Assembly (NCBI GenBank): GCA_964106645.2
Contig: OZ067039.1
Length of the DNA stretch: 64,000 nucleotides
From: Podarcis pityusensis
Lineage: Eukaryota
Reading direction: 5' to 3' (one strand)
Made by a program: the position numbers and the translations under genes. A model generated the notes under the pieces. It was not told the origin of the DNA and did not search any database. It saw only the letters and a program-made list of their open reading frames with translations. Position 1 is the stretch's first letter; every line of letters starts with the position of its first letter. This document shows positions 12,930 through 26,719 of the stretch, piece after piece.

Positions 12930-13672
12930 CAAAGAGACATAAAAGCTACTTTTTATTAAACACAACATGGTATGAACCTGCAATATATTTAAAAGTCAAC
13001 TATCTTCCATTATTAGTTCACAAGTTTATTATGAAAAAATGCTGCAACACTCTTCTGCAGCAACATCTTACAGAAAAAAACCTGTTCTGTTCAAAATAAC
13101 TCACTATGATGGACAAGTACATGGGACATTATATAGAGGGAAGTGTGAGGGAAGAATGTGGGGGAACCAAGTGCAGACAAAACAACCATACAATTAAATT
13201 AAACAGTTTTCCCTGGAAAAAAAATCAGAACACAAATAAGAAAATCGGTCTTGGTACTTATTTAAAATGTTCATTAAGCTTCAATGATAGTTTGCTATCC
13301 TTATCTACAGTCATGCTGGAAAGCTATAGCTAAATGGAAAGTTAATTGTTTTCACAAGGTGTTAAATGTCTACATCTTAATATTTGCAGTCTCCCAGAGA
13401 AAGCAAAAGTAACTACAAGTAGAGCTATGCCAGAAACTGGTTTCTTGACCAACAGTGTTGCTTCAGCATGCAATGAACTGGTTCATTCTAAAGTGGTCAC
13501 AGTCGCTGACAGACAAGAGGCTTTGTATTTCAATATGGCACATCTTTTGGTCCATGTGAAAACAGGTTTCAATGTTAAATGTTTTCTGACATTTTGGAGT
13601 TACTGTTGCTCTTCCCATATCCTTTAGGTCAACACATGGTTCATGGCAATACTGTACAAGTGTAAAATCTCG
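12930..13672 (-). other. PPP2CA: PPP2CA 3' UTR with AATAAA signals at 13030-13025 and 12957-12952
   Basis: Repeat-free AT-rich sequence following the stop codon; two canonical poly(A) hexamers on the minus strand. True 3' end inferred. Confidence 0.7.
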
Positions 13673-13765
<93 letters not shown>

Positions 13766-14597
13766 TTAATCAGTATTTATGTGGTTTGTGATATCCAGCT
13801 AAAACACAGCAGACCCACTGAAATCATCCACAGAATTCTGTTTGACTACTCAGGGATAACATTAGATATCAGCCATAGCTTTTAAATTCTCTACATTATT
13901 CCAATTCATTCTGCAATCAAGATTGTGGCTGTTTTTTCTTTACACTTCTAGATGTAGAAGACATCAGCCATCTCTAGAATGCATGTAATATCCGTCAGTA
14001 TTAACTTGTAGTTATATTCTACCAAGCTCTTCCTCCAAATGGAGGATCTGTGTAAAACTGACATAGCACTTGAATATTTAACTGTGCTCCTTTGGGAGGA
14101 ACAGCAAGATATAAATTTAATAGACAAACTTCAGAAGCATTGCAATTTCCAGAGCTAAACCTTGATATAGACTGCAGAAAGATGAAATTATAGAGGAAGA
14201 GCCTGCCATTCATCTAGGAGTTCAATTAGAAATGTATGCAGCCCACCCTACTGTCTTATGGGCTAAGGAAGGTGACAGTGATAAGCATATAGATCCTTTG
14301 CTCAAAAGAAAGTCTTGCTGCATCTTAAGGATAAATTAGAGAATGCATACTGTTGCAAAGAACAAAAGCAAACATCTCTTCAAATACCATTTTAAATAGA
14401 GGAATTCAGCTTTACTTCCCCCAAAACTGAAACCAAGCGAGGCTATTACTAAACTCCCAAAGCAACTTCCTGAATCATTGGGACTTTAGGGTGAAGAGCA
14501 AGTAGTAATAATTTAATAATAATAAAAAATATAAGAAGCAGCAGCAGCATCAGGTGCCCAGTATTACAATTTGTTACCCATAAGGTTAGTTTTATAC

Positions 14598-14740
14598 TCT
14601 ATCAGAAGCCTGTTTAGGGAAGTTTTTAATATCTGATGTTTTATTCTGTTTTTAATCTGCTAGGAGTCACCCAGAGTGGCTGGGGAAACCCAGCCAGATG
14701 GGTGGGGTATAAATAATGTTGTATTATTATTATTATTATA
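14598..14740 (+). mobile_element. L2-type LINE 3' tail with (TTA)n
   Basis: cacccagagtggctggggaaacccagccagatgggtggggtataaataa followed by a tta microsatellite; same family at 17203-17285 (minus) and 41930-42127. Confidence 0.65.
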
Positions 14741-14974
14741 AATTATTACTACAAATTAGCAGTTACAGTTATATAGTAAAGCAAATTCTAAGTCCACTAA
14801 CAGTATTCCAGTATTCCACAACCATCCACATTTTTCCAAGTATACAATCAGGTAAGATTTGTCAACTTTACTCATCTTCAAACAGCCAGATAAGGCAATT
14901 TATGAACAGCATTCTAACTAGAATTATAAATGACATGTTTTGTTAGTTCTCATAGGAAAATCTTTAAGGACTTA

Positions 14975-15145
<171 letters not shown>

Positions 15146-15856
15146 CTACGGGGAGGGTAGTAACCTATAGTGGACAGAGCATCAGAGTAAGATAAACAAT
15201 TTATTACTCTAAATTACCACTTTTAGCCATTCATGTAAGAACTGACAACATAGGAACTTCCTATATAAATCATATAAACTGATCTAACCCATTGTTATCT
15301 GCTTTAAAGAAGCTGCTCTCCAGGATCTCAGGCCTTCCCAATCATTCTATCAAATACCTTTTTAACTAGAGTTAACAGGAATTAAAACTGGAAGCTTCTA
15401 CATATAATAAAGCAGCAATACCAATCAACAACGGCTTCTTCCTAATGAAATTGATCAATGTCAGCCTTAGCTGTCCATCTGTAGAGATAGAAAGCCCTTA
15501 GGGTTGAATATGAAGAAATAAAAGAGGTCAGTCAGTAGATGGCATAACTTCTTACCCCACACCGCCTCCTGAAAAATATTTAGTATATAAAATCCTAGTG
15601 TCAGAGTTTAAATATTTGTACTACAGTAATTTGTCATGGAATGACACAGTAAAATACAGGTCTAGGTGACAGGAGTCACTTACAGTGGAATAACAGAATC
15701 ACAAGCCATTTTCATGGCAATAATTATGCCTTCAAGTCTATCCCGCAAGCTCATTTTTTAACAAAAGGATGAGATATACAAGTTACTTTGCCACCACAGG
15801 CTTAACATGCCTTTATTTGTATGTCAAAGCTATCTGGTTATGCAGGGAGATTTTCA

Positions 15857-16057
<201 letters not shown>

Positions 16058-16636
16058 CTAGGAAACATCTCAGCATCATTACATAGCCCCAAAAAAAAAC
16101 CTGGAGAGGGCTAATACAGTACCAAATTTTTAAGAAAAAATGTTTGAACAGTAGCTGAATGACTACATTAACATGGTACTTTGAACCAATTTATTTGTTC
16201 CCCAAACCACCAGCACTAAGCTCTGTGGGGGAAAGAAGCATGCTCAACACTATGTTCCCAAACTGACATCAGTGCTAGGCAAAAACAAGATTATACTCTG
16301 CAGCATCTGAACACAGAATTGGTGGTGCAGATATTATTCGGTGCAAAAGATGGTCCACCCAGCTTTTAAAAGTTATGTGGACCCCTAGTTTGCCTTCTCT
16401 TAAGTTGAAGAACAAGCTACTTGGAGAGGTGTCATTTGTAATTAGCAAACAAATTTCCACCTTTTAACTAACATTTAAGTGCTGTTTGTAGTTTTATTGT
16501 TTGGATAAGGGAACAGGACAAGCAGTGCAAACCTTTTTGGAGTTAGAGGTCATGTGGAAAAATAAGGTTTACTTTAACAACAGACTCCCTTATAATGCAG
16601 AAGAGGAATTGGGCATTAGTATGATTTCACACACTA

Positions 16637-16807
<171 letters not shown>

Positions 16808-16933
16808 CTATAGCTACAAGTGTTTTTCAAAGTTACAGATAGTTTCTCTAGGAAGAAAATCTGATAAAAAGGTAACAGATCTTCTACTCCGCCTTCCTTC
16901 TCTATTAATATTAGGAACACATCAGTATTTTCA

Positions 16934-17113
<180 letters not shown>

Positions 17114-17645
17114 CTATAAAACAAGACAGCTACTGTGACTAAACCAAGTATGTACTTCTCCAGCATTTCTATGGGCAGAAGTAAGCCTTAACTTATGGAA
17201 ATATTATCATCATCATCATCATCATCATCATATTTGTACCCTGCCCATCCAAATAGGTTGCCCCAGCCACTCAAAAACATCTTAATACAGACATCATATT
17301 TTAATAAAACATATTTAATTTTGTGGTATATTTTCTGTGGTATAGTATATTTTTGCAGGATAAATCCCAAAGTTAAACTTGGAGATAGATTCTTTTTCAG
17401 GTCTGGAATGAACTTCTCTATCCATTTCTGATGGAGATACAGACCCCAAAACACTGGAAGTTTGAACAGATCTCTAAAGCAACCCATTGGGCAATACAAT
17501 TGTGTTGCCTCCAACATCATTTTTTCATTAGTGTAGAACCTCCAACCCCAATGACTCAGTCATTATAATGTTCATTAGTACTGTAAGTCTTACAGCAATT
17601 CAGACTATACAGGCATTGTATATTTCAATAGCAACATTCATTTTA

Positions 17646-17885
<240 letters not shown>

Positions 17886-18814
17886 TTACATGAATTTGCA
17901 GAAATAATACTTGTTCATTTATTTTAAATCATTCCACCTGCTCACCTTTCTTTAGTTACAAATATAAGTGCCAGGTAATACATTTGAGACACACATTCCT
18001 GGAAGCAAGTTCTCCTGAATTAAGTGACCCAACTTCAGGAATGAAATTCTTAGATCTGGGTCCCCAGGTGTCAGGAACACATGGCTCAGACAGGCAGTTT
18101 AATAGAAAGTGGAGCAGTAGAGCAGAAGAAGGGGACATAACAGAGATTGCAAGAGAGGAGAAAATGGAGCAGTCAGGGGGTCACATAAAAGAGAAAATGA
18201 GTACCGGACAGAATACACAGACAGGTTGGATCTAGCAACAGATCCTCTTGAAATTGCCTTTTTTTTTAATGTTCACCACCAAATCATAGATCCTGTTTCC
18301 ATTGGCTAAACCATTTTTTTAATGGAGCTGGTGCTTTCCAGACCTTCCATGGCACAATACAGACCCTTGTGAATTCTTAATTTTAAAGGACCCCCTCAAA
18401 ACTACAACGCCTCTGTGTACAGTGAAGTATTATATGATTTGTAAGTGGTTTTGCTGTCATACTACGTACATATCAAAGATGGTTCCACAAGGATCCATGT
18501 CTAGGATATGTGGGTGTGGTGTGTATGTGGGTGGTGTTGGCAAGCACCAGATCAGTGATTTTTGATGCATAGTCTAAAACAGTAAGTGTTAATTTTATGG
18601 GTGGTGGTCCCCGTCTTAGATATTTATCAGTGTGCTAAAATGCAATGCAATACGTTTCTCTTAACCAAATCGACAAAGAAAACTCCTCTGCATGCAAAGA
18701 AGAGTTCCACTTGCAGCTGGCTCATTTGTATGGTTGTTTCTATCTTGTGCTTAGATCACCACAATAGAAACCCTGGTCAACCATACTACTGCAGCACAAT
18801 TAATATAAGCAATA

Positions 18815-19010
18815 CAGTGGTACCTCGGGTTACGAACCTAATTTGTTCCAGAGGTCCAATCTTAACCCGAAACCGTTCTTAACTAGAACGCCTCCCACTG
18901 CCAGCGCGCGATTTGCGTTCTCATCCTGGCGCAAAGTTCTCAACGCGAGGTACTACTTCCGGGTTAGCAGAGTTTGTAACCCAAAGTGTTTGTAACCCAA
19001 GGTACCACCG
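18815..19010. mobile_element. Tc1/mariner-type MITE
   Basis: TA-flanked; TIR cagtggtacctcgggttac ... gtaacccaaggtaccaccg. Confidence 0.9.
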
Positions 19011-19476
19011 TACTTTAAAATCATGAAATCATAGCTGACATAGATTTTTTTCTTTTAAGAAGATACAGGATTTCATGAAGGGAACTCCATTAACAATGGT
19101 TCATCCAATTCTTTAAAAAACCAATGCAGCCAGTGTACCTAGGAATAAACTTGCAACCAGATCTTATGTTCCATGTACTGTATAAGGGAATTATTTTTAG
19201 GACAGCAATCTCCAGTGAAATAAATGAGGAAACAATTCCAGATGGGGGAGCTCCAAGCATGCACTTTACCCAGAATAAATTGCTGGGTTAAGGCGAAGCA
19301 GCAATCTTCTGGGAACCCTAACTTTCTGGGCCTCAAGTTGCAGAAAAGCCTTAATTTGACCACAAAAGGTTACAACATCCTCAATGATCCTAATTAGTCA
19401 TATTTTGATAGAAGCCAGGCCCCTAACAGACTACCCAATAGTATAATATGATTAAACACCTTACCACAATCCTATA

Positions 19477-19701
19477 CAGTGGAACCTCGGGTTAGGTTCT
19501 GGAGGTCTGTTCTTAACCTGAAACTGTTTGAAACCTAAAGCACCACTTTAGCTATAATGAGGTCTCCCGCTGCAGCCACTGCACGATTTCTGTTCACATC
19601 CTGAAGCCAAGTTCTTAACCCGAGGTACTATTTCTGGGTTAGTGGAATCTGTAACCTGAAGCGTCTGTAACCTGAAGCGTATGTAACCCGAGGTACCACT
19701 G
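19477..19701. mobile_element. Tc1/mariner-type MITE (same subfamily as 62370-62587)
   Basis: TA-flanked; TIR cagtggaacctcgggtta ... gtaacccgaggtaccactg. Confidence 0.9.
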
Positions 19702-19816
19702 TACTGTACTGAAAATACTTGTTGACAAACTAATGATCTTTGGTACTTGTTCTTTTATACATCAGCAGATAAACATTACTGTTCTATCTAATTACTTAAT
19801 TCATATTACCTAGTTT

Positions 19817-20143
19817 TGTGGGTTAAACCACACAGCCTAGGGCTTGCCGATCAGAAGGTTGTCGGTTCAAATCCCCGCAATGGGGTGAGCTCCTGTTGCT
19901 TGGTCCCAGCTCCTGCCAACCTAGCACATCATAGTGCAAGTAGATAAATAGGTGGGAGGTAAACGGCGTTTCCGTGCGCTACCTCTGGTTCGCTACTCTG
20001 GTTAGCCAGAAACGGCTTAGTCATGCTGGCCACATGACCCGGAAGCTGTACGCCGGCTCCCTCGGCCAGTAAAGCAAGATGAGCACCGCAACCCCAGAGT
20101 CGTCTGCGACTGGACCTAACAGTCAGGGGTCCCTTTACCTTTA
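19817..20143 (+). mobile_element. Sauria SINE (slightly 5'-truncated)
   Basis: tRNA-like head with B-box ggttcaaatcc, core gtgcaagtagataaatagg / ggccacatgacccggaag, tail (acctttt)-like. Confidence 0.9.
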
Positions 20144-21089
20144 ATGCTGCACTACATGGACCAACAGTCTGATTCAGTATAAAAGGAAGCTCCCTATGTT
20201 CCTAGTGCTATATTCCCACTTCGGGGGGGGGGGGAAGTGGCACTGAAAGTATTGCCTTCTTGTAGCATTTTTACCATGTGAAAATGGGTATGCAGTAAAT
20301 ATCATAAATGATTTATCTGCCCAGAAGCTATCCAGAAAATTGTAATGTAAGAGTTGTTCAGGCTGACATGCTTTCCAGCACCTTGTTAAAAGAAACTCCA
20401 TCAATGAAATACACATCCAGAGCTCAAGTTTTACTTGGCTTCTCTCTCTAAACATTGTATTGCTTTGGGTCAAAAGGCAGAATGAGTGGTAGTACTCAAA
20501 GGTACTAGATGACACACTAAGCTCCAAAGCACACTCAGGCTCATCAACCAGAGAATCACTACTATTTATTTTCTCCCAGTTGTACAAGTGCCACCACCAA
20601 ACCTCCCTGTACCACCCTAACCATCATGGCACATATCAGGCTCAATTTTTTTGAAGGGAATAGCCTACAACTTCTGTGCCACTGCTGGTGACAGTGTCAC
20701 AAAAGGTTGAAACCGCAATAATTTTTATAACCTCCTGTTAGACCTGGGCCAAAAGAACAATGTTGGGACAAAGAAAGAAGTGTTCAAGCAGCAGATATTC
20801 ACTTGCCATAATGGACTGGGATTCCTCCAGTCCTGACTATTCAAATTCCAGGCTTCATGCAGTAACAATGTCTCTACCTCATTAGACAAATCCACTCAGT
20901 GATGAGTTTCCTAGAATATTCTGAATTGAATTTTTTCCAGAAAATCTTGTTGTGGCCTAAATCAACTGAGATCCAATTTAACATGCTAAAAGGGTATTTA
21001 CATTTAATATACGATAATTAATTTTAAATGCTGCATGAAGGTCTCAAATCTTTTCCAACAGCTAAGAGAGGCAGAGGTGAATGTACAAT

Positions 21090-21537
21090 ATTGTTTTATG
21101 TGATCCCACTGAGATCCCAAGATGAAATTTTGCAGGTAGCTCTTAGAAATATTAAATAGCCAATACAAATTTTTGGAAATTTTAAATCATTTTTTATTCA
21201 CTTTTTAAAATTTTCAATTTTGTAATTGAAATTTTAAAGTAAGTCCATCATGTGATATATTGTATTAAAGCCCATGAAGTTCTGAAAAGATTGATGTTTT
21301 TGGTTTTGATGTATCTCAATTCTGGACTGAGCTTTTAAGGTTTATGTGTAGTCTGGCAAGGCCAAAATTGTCATTTTGGAAATTTCAAACCCTTATAACT
21401 CACAAACAGGATGAGATAAATAATGAAAATTTTAGATTTAAACTTAGTTTTGATCATTCAATAAGTGTACAAAATATTAAGAAAATTGGATGACATGAGG
21501 TTAAAAAAAAGTTGGATCACTTGATATGGAATGACCC
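21090..21537. mobile_element. AT-rich DNA-transposon-like remnant with one recognisable terminus (ttggatcacttgatatggaatgaccc)
   Basis: Composition and terminal sequence resemble non-autonomous DNA transposon ends; no partner TIR found; family not assigned. Confidence 0.35.
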
Positions 21538-22984
21538 AGAGGATATGGTACTGAGCCACCTGCATCAATCTATTTCTAAATAATCTTTTACATGCAATAG
21601 CCCAGGACATACTGTTTTCCAAAGCTGCCACGTCCATAACAAGATCTGAATCATGAATAATTTTCTTCCATTTTAAAGAAAAGCCTTCCTACAGTCCAAC
21701 GGCCTTGAGCCAATTCACTTAGTGACTCAACTGTGGACTCCTGCATGACCTTAACTTGGGTGGATATTCTGAAGTGCTTGTTGGTCAGGATCTCTGAATT
21801 AAATACTGAATTCACTGAATTAAATACAGCACCTGTGATGCAAACAAGTCCTGCAGCCACCAAATCTGTCTCTCTACTCCCTGGGGACACTTCACTTACA
21901 CCCTGTTGTCTATTTTCTCATACACACCTCCCATGAACCATTTATATGGGTTCAAGAAAGGTGAACAATGAGGAAAACCCTGTCAATACATTTAATATTT
22001 TCCTGAGATCATACTGGGGGTTGAACAACAATCTGCAGGAATGGCCCTGTTCTCCAATCATATCTCCTACCAAGTGTGTGTGTCTTTTAGCATTAGTGGA
22101 AATATTAATATTGGTCACCAATATTGAAAAGAAGAGTGAAAAAGAACTTATCTTCTTGAAGGCAGGCACTCCTTCAAAGTCAAACATACCTTTCCTGCTA
22201 AACAGAAGTTTAGCATATTTATTCTCAGAGGGATGAGGATAATTCAGAGTATTTTTAGGAACTTTAGCTTGCATTTTAGTGTTTCCCAACATCAAACATT
22301 ACTTGGGGACCTGTCCTGGTTGAGTATAGAAATCAGTATTTCACACTGGTTACCAAGCAAAAGTTATCTCTATGCTATCATACCAACTATGGAACTCTCA
22401 AGATTGATGAATTATCCTTTTGTAACGTTTGTTAAAAGCCTGGGAGCTCCACGATCAGATCAGAAATGTTGTTTCTGCCACTTCCAGTAGTCTCATCTCT
22501 AATGTTAACTTCTCTAAAAACTAAAGGAGAGGGAAGAGAGAAGAGAGGCCCTACATATATTTTCTAAACCACATCTATCAACTTTGTATTCTTGTTATAA
22601 AAAAGCACGCCTAGACATTCTGTTGTTGCGTCCATAACCTAGGTTTAAGGTGCCATTTAGCTCCTAGCTTTCATATCTCAGTTTCTAGCACTGGGTACAC
22701 CCTAGAAGACTTAGGCCTGCTTAGCTTCAGCAAGCTGGTAGCCTCATGCATCTTCAGACCATATTTTTTAAAACAAAAAGCAAATTATTTCTCTTTTAAG
22801 AATTTTCTTGAACCGCATTCGGTACCATATCCCTCAAGGCAGCTGTCTTTATCTTTGATGGTTTTTCTACAGCTGTAATTGATCTACTCTTTGACAACAA
22901 CTGCTTACCATCATATAATTTATACAAGATTCCATCACATCTCCAATGCTTTTCAACATTTACATGAAATGCTGAAAGAAGTCA

Positions 22985-23960
22985 TCCAAGGGTTCACCAG
23001 TATGTCAATGACATCCAACTCTACTTCTCATTTTTATCATTGTTAGGTGAGGCACTGAAATGTTGAACCAGTAAGATGGTGATAGCTAGATGAGTGCACA
23101 TAAATAGAAACTTGATCCTAACAAAATAGAGGTGCTGTGGGTACATAGCTTCTCTGCTCAGGAGAGTCTAATCAGTTCTAGACATCATTACACGCCCATT
23201 ATGGATCAGGCTTGCTGTCTGGAGTGCTCCTAGATCCAGCTTTGTCATTGGAGGCCCAAGTAGCTTTTGTGACACACAGCATTTTTTATCAAGCCAAGGC
23301 TGATACACCTGCTGTGGCCAATCCTAGATTGGCCTTGACCAGAGGTTTTCAACCTTTTTGGGTCCACAGCTCCCTTGGCCAACTACATTCTTTCCTCGCA
23401 CCCCTGAGGAGCTCAGTAGCCTCAGCAGCCCAGAACCGGCAGCCCCTTACCCCTTTCCAAACACCCTCCCTTGTAGAGTGTTCTCTCAGCCTCCTCTCCT
23501 CTCCCCTCTTCTTGGGAGTCCTCCGGGCAGCCGCTGCTGCCGCTCCTGGTCTTGTGTACTGCCCACCCTGCCCCAAAGAGACGTGCCTCCTCACAATGCC
23601 CCACAGGGGCCTGGGAAGCACCTTCTGTCCAGCCCCAGTGGCACCATTCACCTAGGGAGCTTGTAGCCAGGGCTGCTGCAACAAATAGCCGTCACAAGCC
23701 TTTGAGAAGCAAACATGCAAGAGGGCATCAGAGAAGGAGGGAGGGAGGAAAGAGGGACAGAGGCCTGTGTTGCCCACGGCACCCCTGACCATCATTCAAG
23801 GCACCCCAGGATGCCACAGCACACTGGTTGAAAACCACTCCCCTAGACAGTTATCCATGCTTGGGGGGAGGGGCTCAGATTGTTAAAGTGCTATGCATGG
23901 AGCTACCTCTGAACACTGACCAGAAGCTATAGTTTAGCCACTAGATTGTTAACTAGGATA
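22985..23960 (+). mobile_element. Degenerate L2 LINE RT fragment interrupted by a hAT MITE
   Basis: Decayed HQY(A)DD(T)QLYFS and WM..(N)K(L)KL(N)P(D)K(T)EVLWV coding traces at 22996-23145; L2-like sequence resumes after 23848. Confidence 0.7.
23340..23840. mobile_element. hAT-type non-autonomous element
   Basis: TIR cagaggttttcaacc ... ggttgaaaaccactc; 8-bp TSD gccttgac / ccctagac (6/8). Confidence 0.85.
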
Positions 23961-26466
23961 GGACCTTGGGGTAATATAACATGAGTCAACATGGATACAG
24001 TTCTTAGGATGCAGCCTATTGCACTTCTCACAACGAGGTCACAAGGAAAAGGTTTTGATTGTTGCTAAAACTGGTTAAATAACAAAGTTTTTACCACTGG
24101 CTATTCATTACCCTATCTTCTGCCAGGCTGGATGAGAGCTTGCGCCTGCAAAAGTAAATCAGTTGAATTGTGTTCCTAAAAAATTATGCAGGATAACAAG
24201 ATCCAAATTTACCTCCCCAATACTTTCTCTTTCAGATAAAGTCAATCTTTCAACTTTAATGCCAGCCTCCAACCCAACATCACAGAAAACAGAGCCAGGT
24301 TCTCTGCTGTAGCCATCAAAACCAGCCCAAAATTATTAGAGGCATTCAAAATGTCTGCATTTTTAACTATTTCTGATTGTTAATTTTGTTATATTCTCTT
24401 AAAAGATATAGTTTGTGTGCATGTATGCTGCTGTTCTGCTACTGTTGCATTGATAACCCTATGCTGTATTTTATGTTTATAGTCTGCAGACCAAATGAAG
24501 TGGAACTTGCTAGCTTAAAACAATGGTCAAAAAGCTTCATTAATTCTTATGAGGATACTGTATTATAAACTCCTTTCCAGCAGGTTCCTATTAGCATTCA
24601 AATTAGTTCTGAGTTTTAGGTCCAGTTCTTGATTGCTTTTCTATTACTGAAGTACTTGAACTAAAAAGGCAATTAGGACCAGCTACAGCTTTGGAGATAG
24701 GTGAAAAGCAAGAAGCTTGGGGAAGGCGGGTTGGTTTCTCTTGCTATCAACCTATCAAATAGGAAGGAGCAGCATGTAGAAGAAGTATTTTTGTATATTT
24801 CCGATATCTGTGTCAGTGGGTGATATTTCCTGCTGTCATTTCTTTAAGAGTCCAACAGGCAAAACCAGATAACAGGGCAAATTTAATCTCATTACCTCAA
24901 AACACCCCAGTTACTTATCTAGACTCACCTCTTAAGGACTTTGCCTTAGATTTCTGACTGTTCTTTACACTAAAGGTGATTCCTCCTACACCCATCTGTT
25001 ATTCTTTGCCTTGACTGCAATATATGCTGATTATACTGAAAGTGATCTTTTCTTCTCTCTGCAGAATAAAAAATGTTTCAAGCACACTCTTACCTAACAA
25101 TAAGAAATGTATTTCTAAATGATCATAATAAAGCACTTCTCCCTAAATGTTTGCTTTCCACCAAACAAACCTGTTTATTGAGAAGCCTACCTTCCAGACC
25201 AACTGAATTTTCGACAATTGATAGGTGCCAAACTATGTTCCTTAGAAGCTGTGTGGCCATACACATTTCACTTAAACAGAGAAATCATTCCCCACTAATA
25301 ACAAACTCAGGTGGCTTACACAAACAGGATAACAGAAATGGGACCACAAAAGGAAGGTATGAAAAAAGTCAGGCACAGAGGTTTTCAGAAATAGCCCCCA
25401 AAATTAAGGGGACAACCTAAAAAAATAGCCCCATGAGCACTGGGCATGCTCTCCCTGCCATCACATAATATTAAATGCTAATTGGAAAAGGAAAAGATGC
25501 GGAAGACAGAATGCAATGCTCTGCTTGGAGGGAGGAAATTGGTGGCTGGAGGACACACACAAATTTTATTAGTGCTCTCACTTGGGTTCACCAATGAATA
25601 TTCCTTATTTGTTTGGGAGAAATTAAAGTGGCTTATTTATGGGGGGGGCTAGGGTAAACCAGAGGGAAAAGATTTTATTTCTGTACTTTTCACAAGCTGA
25701 CAGCTAGTTTTGCCCCAGAAGCCTTGTCAACCATGAAATATATTTCTAGTGCCACAGTTAACAAACTTCCCTTGATACTAACTTTAAGAAGCACTCCAGA
25801 TAACAAGGGGTAATAAAAAGAAAAGCTAAAAATGCCAAGACAACTCTTTCAACCATTACTTATGTTTTCACATTGGCACCAGTCATTTGAAGGAAGAACA
25901 TCTATGAGACTTCCATGCATTTCAATTTTCTTGTATTTCAGCACAGTAAAGACATGTTTATACACTACTGTATAGTTGCAAGAACTTCTTTGTCTCACAC
26001 CCTAGTCACATCCACCTCAGCAACAGAAAATGCTACAAAAAGTGAAGGGATTTACAATCTACAAATTAAATGCATGTTGCGCCCACAAGTTACCACGTCT
26101 AGTACAGCTCTGTGTCACTGCTTGCTCTCCTCAGACTGCCCCAGGTTATATACATACAGTAGGAAACTGGGTAGCTCCTGGAATGTAGAGGAAGAGTTTG
26201 CTTGCCATTTTAGAAACAAAACCAGTTAAGACCACAAAAAAATCCAATTTTCCCAGACTGAAGAAATAAGTGACTCCACAAACTAGCATTTCACAATACA
26301 CACACCAGAAGCTATGGGCATATGATTCTTCTGGGTACTTTGCACAGGACAAATGGACACACACTGTAAACAGCAACTGACAGCACAAGGTTGAATTCAA
26401 CAGGCAGAAGCTGGGGAGAGGAAGAGTAGCACAGGACTTTTGTCTTTGTACATTAGTATGAAGCCA

Positions 26467-26719
26467 AGCTGAGGCTCCAATACTTTGGCCACCTCATGAG
26501 AAGAGAAGACTCCTTGGAAAAGACCCTGATGTTGGGAAAGATGGAGGGCACAAGGAGAAGGGGACGACAGAGGACGAGATTGTTGGCTAGTGTTCTCGAA
26601 GCTACCAGCATGAGTTTGACCAAACTGCGGGAGGCAGCGGAAGACAGAAGTGCCTGGCGTGCTCTGGTCCATGGGGTCACGAAGAGTCGGACACGACTAA
26701 ACGACTAAACAACAACAAC
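26467..26719 (+). mobile_element. RTE-BovB LINE 3' end (5'-truncated)
   Basis: Encodes YFGHLMRREDSLEKTLMLGKMEGTRRRGRQR...WRALVHGVTKSRTRL; (caa)n tail; TSD atgaagcca / atgaggcca. Confidence 0.93.

Noticed and set aside
19817-19900. tRNA-like A/B box sequences here, at 37900-37994 and at 50850-50927
   Set aside because: SINE heads, not tRNA genes; no full cloverleaf.
23212-23788. Cluster of 60-147 aa ORFs
   Set aside because: They lie within a GC-rich hAT MITE and L2 relic; no transposase motifs.
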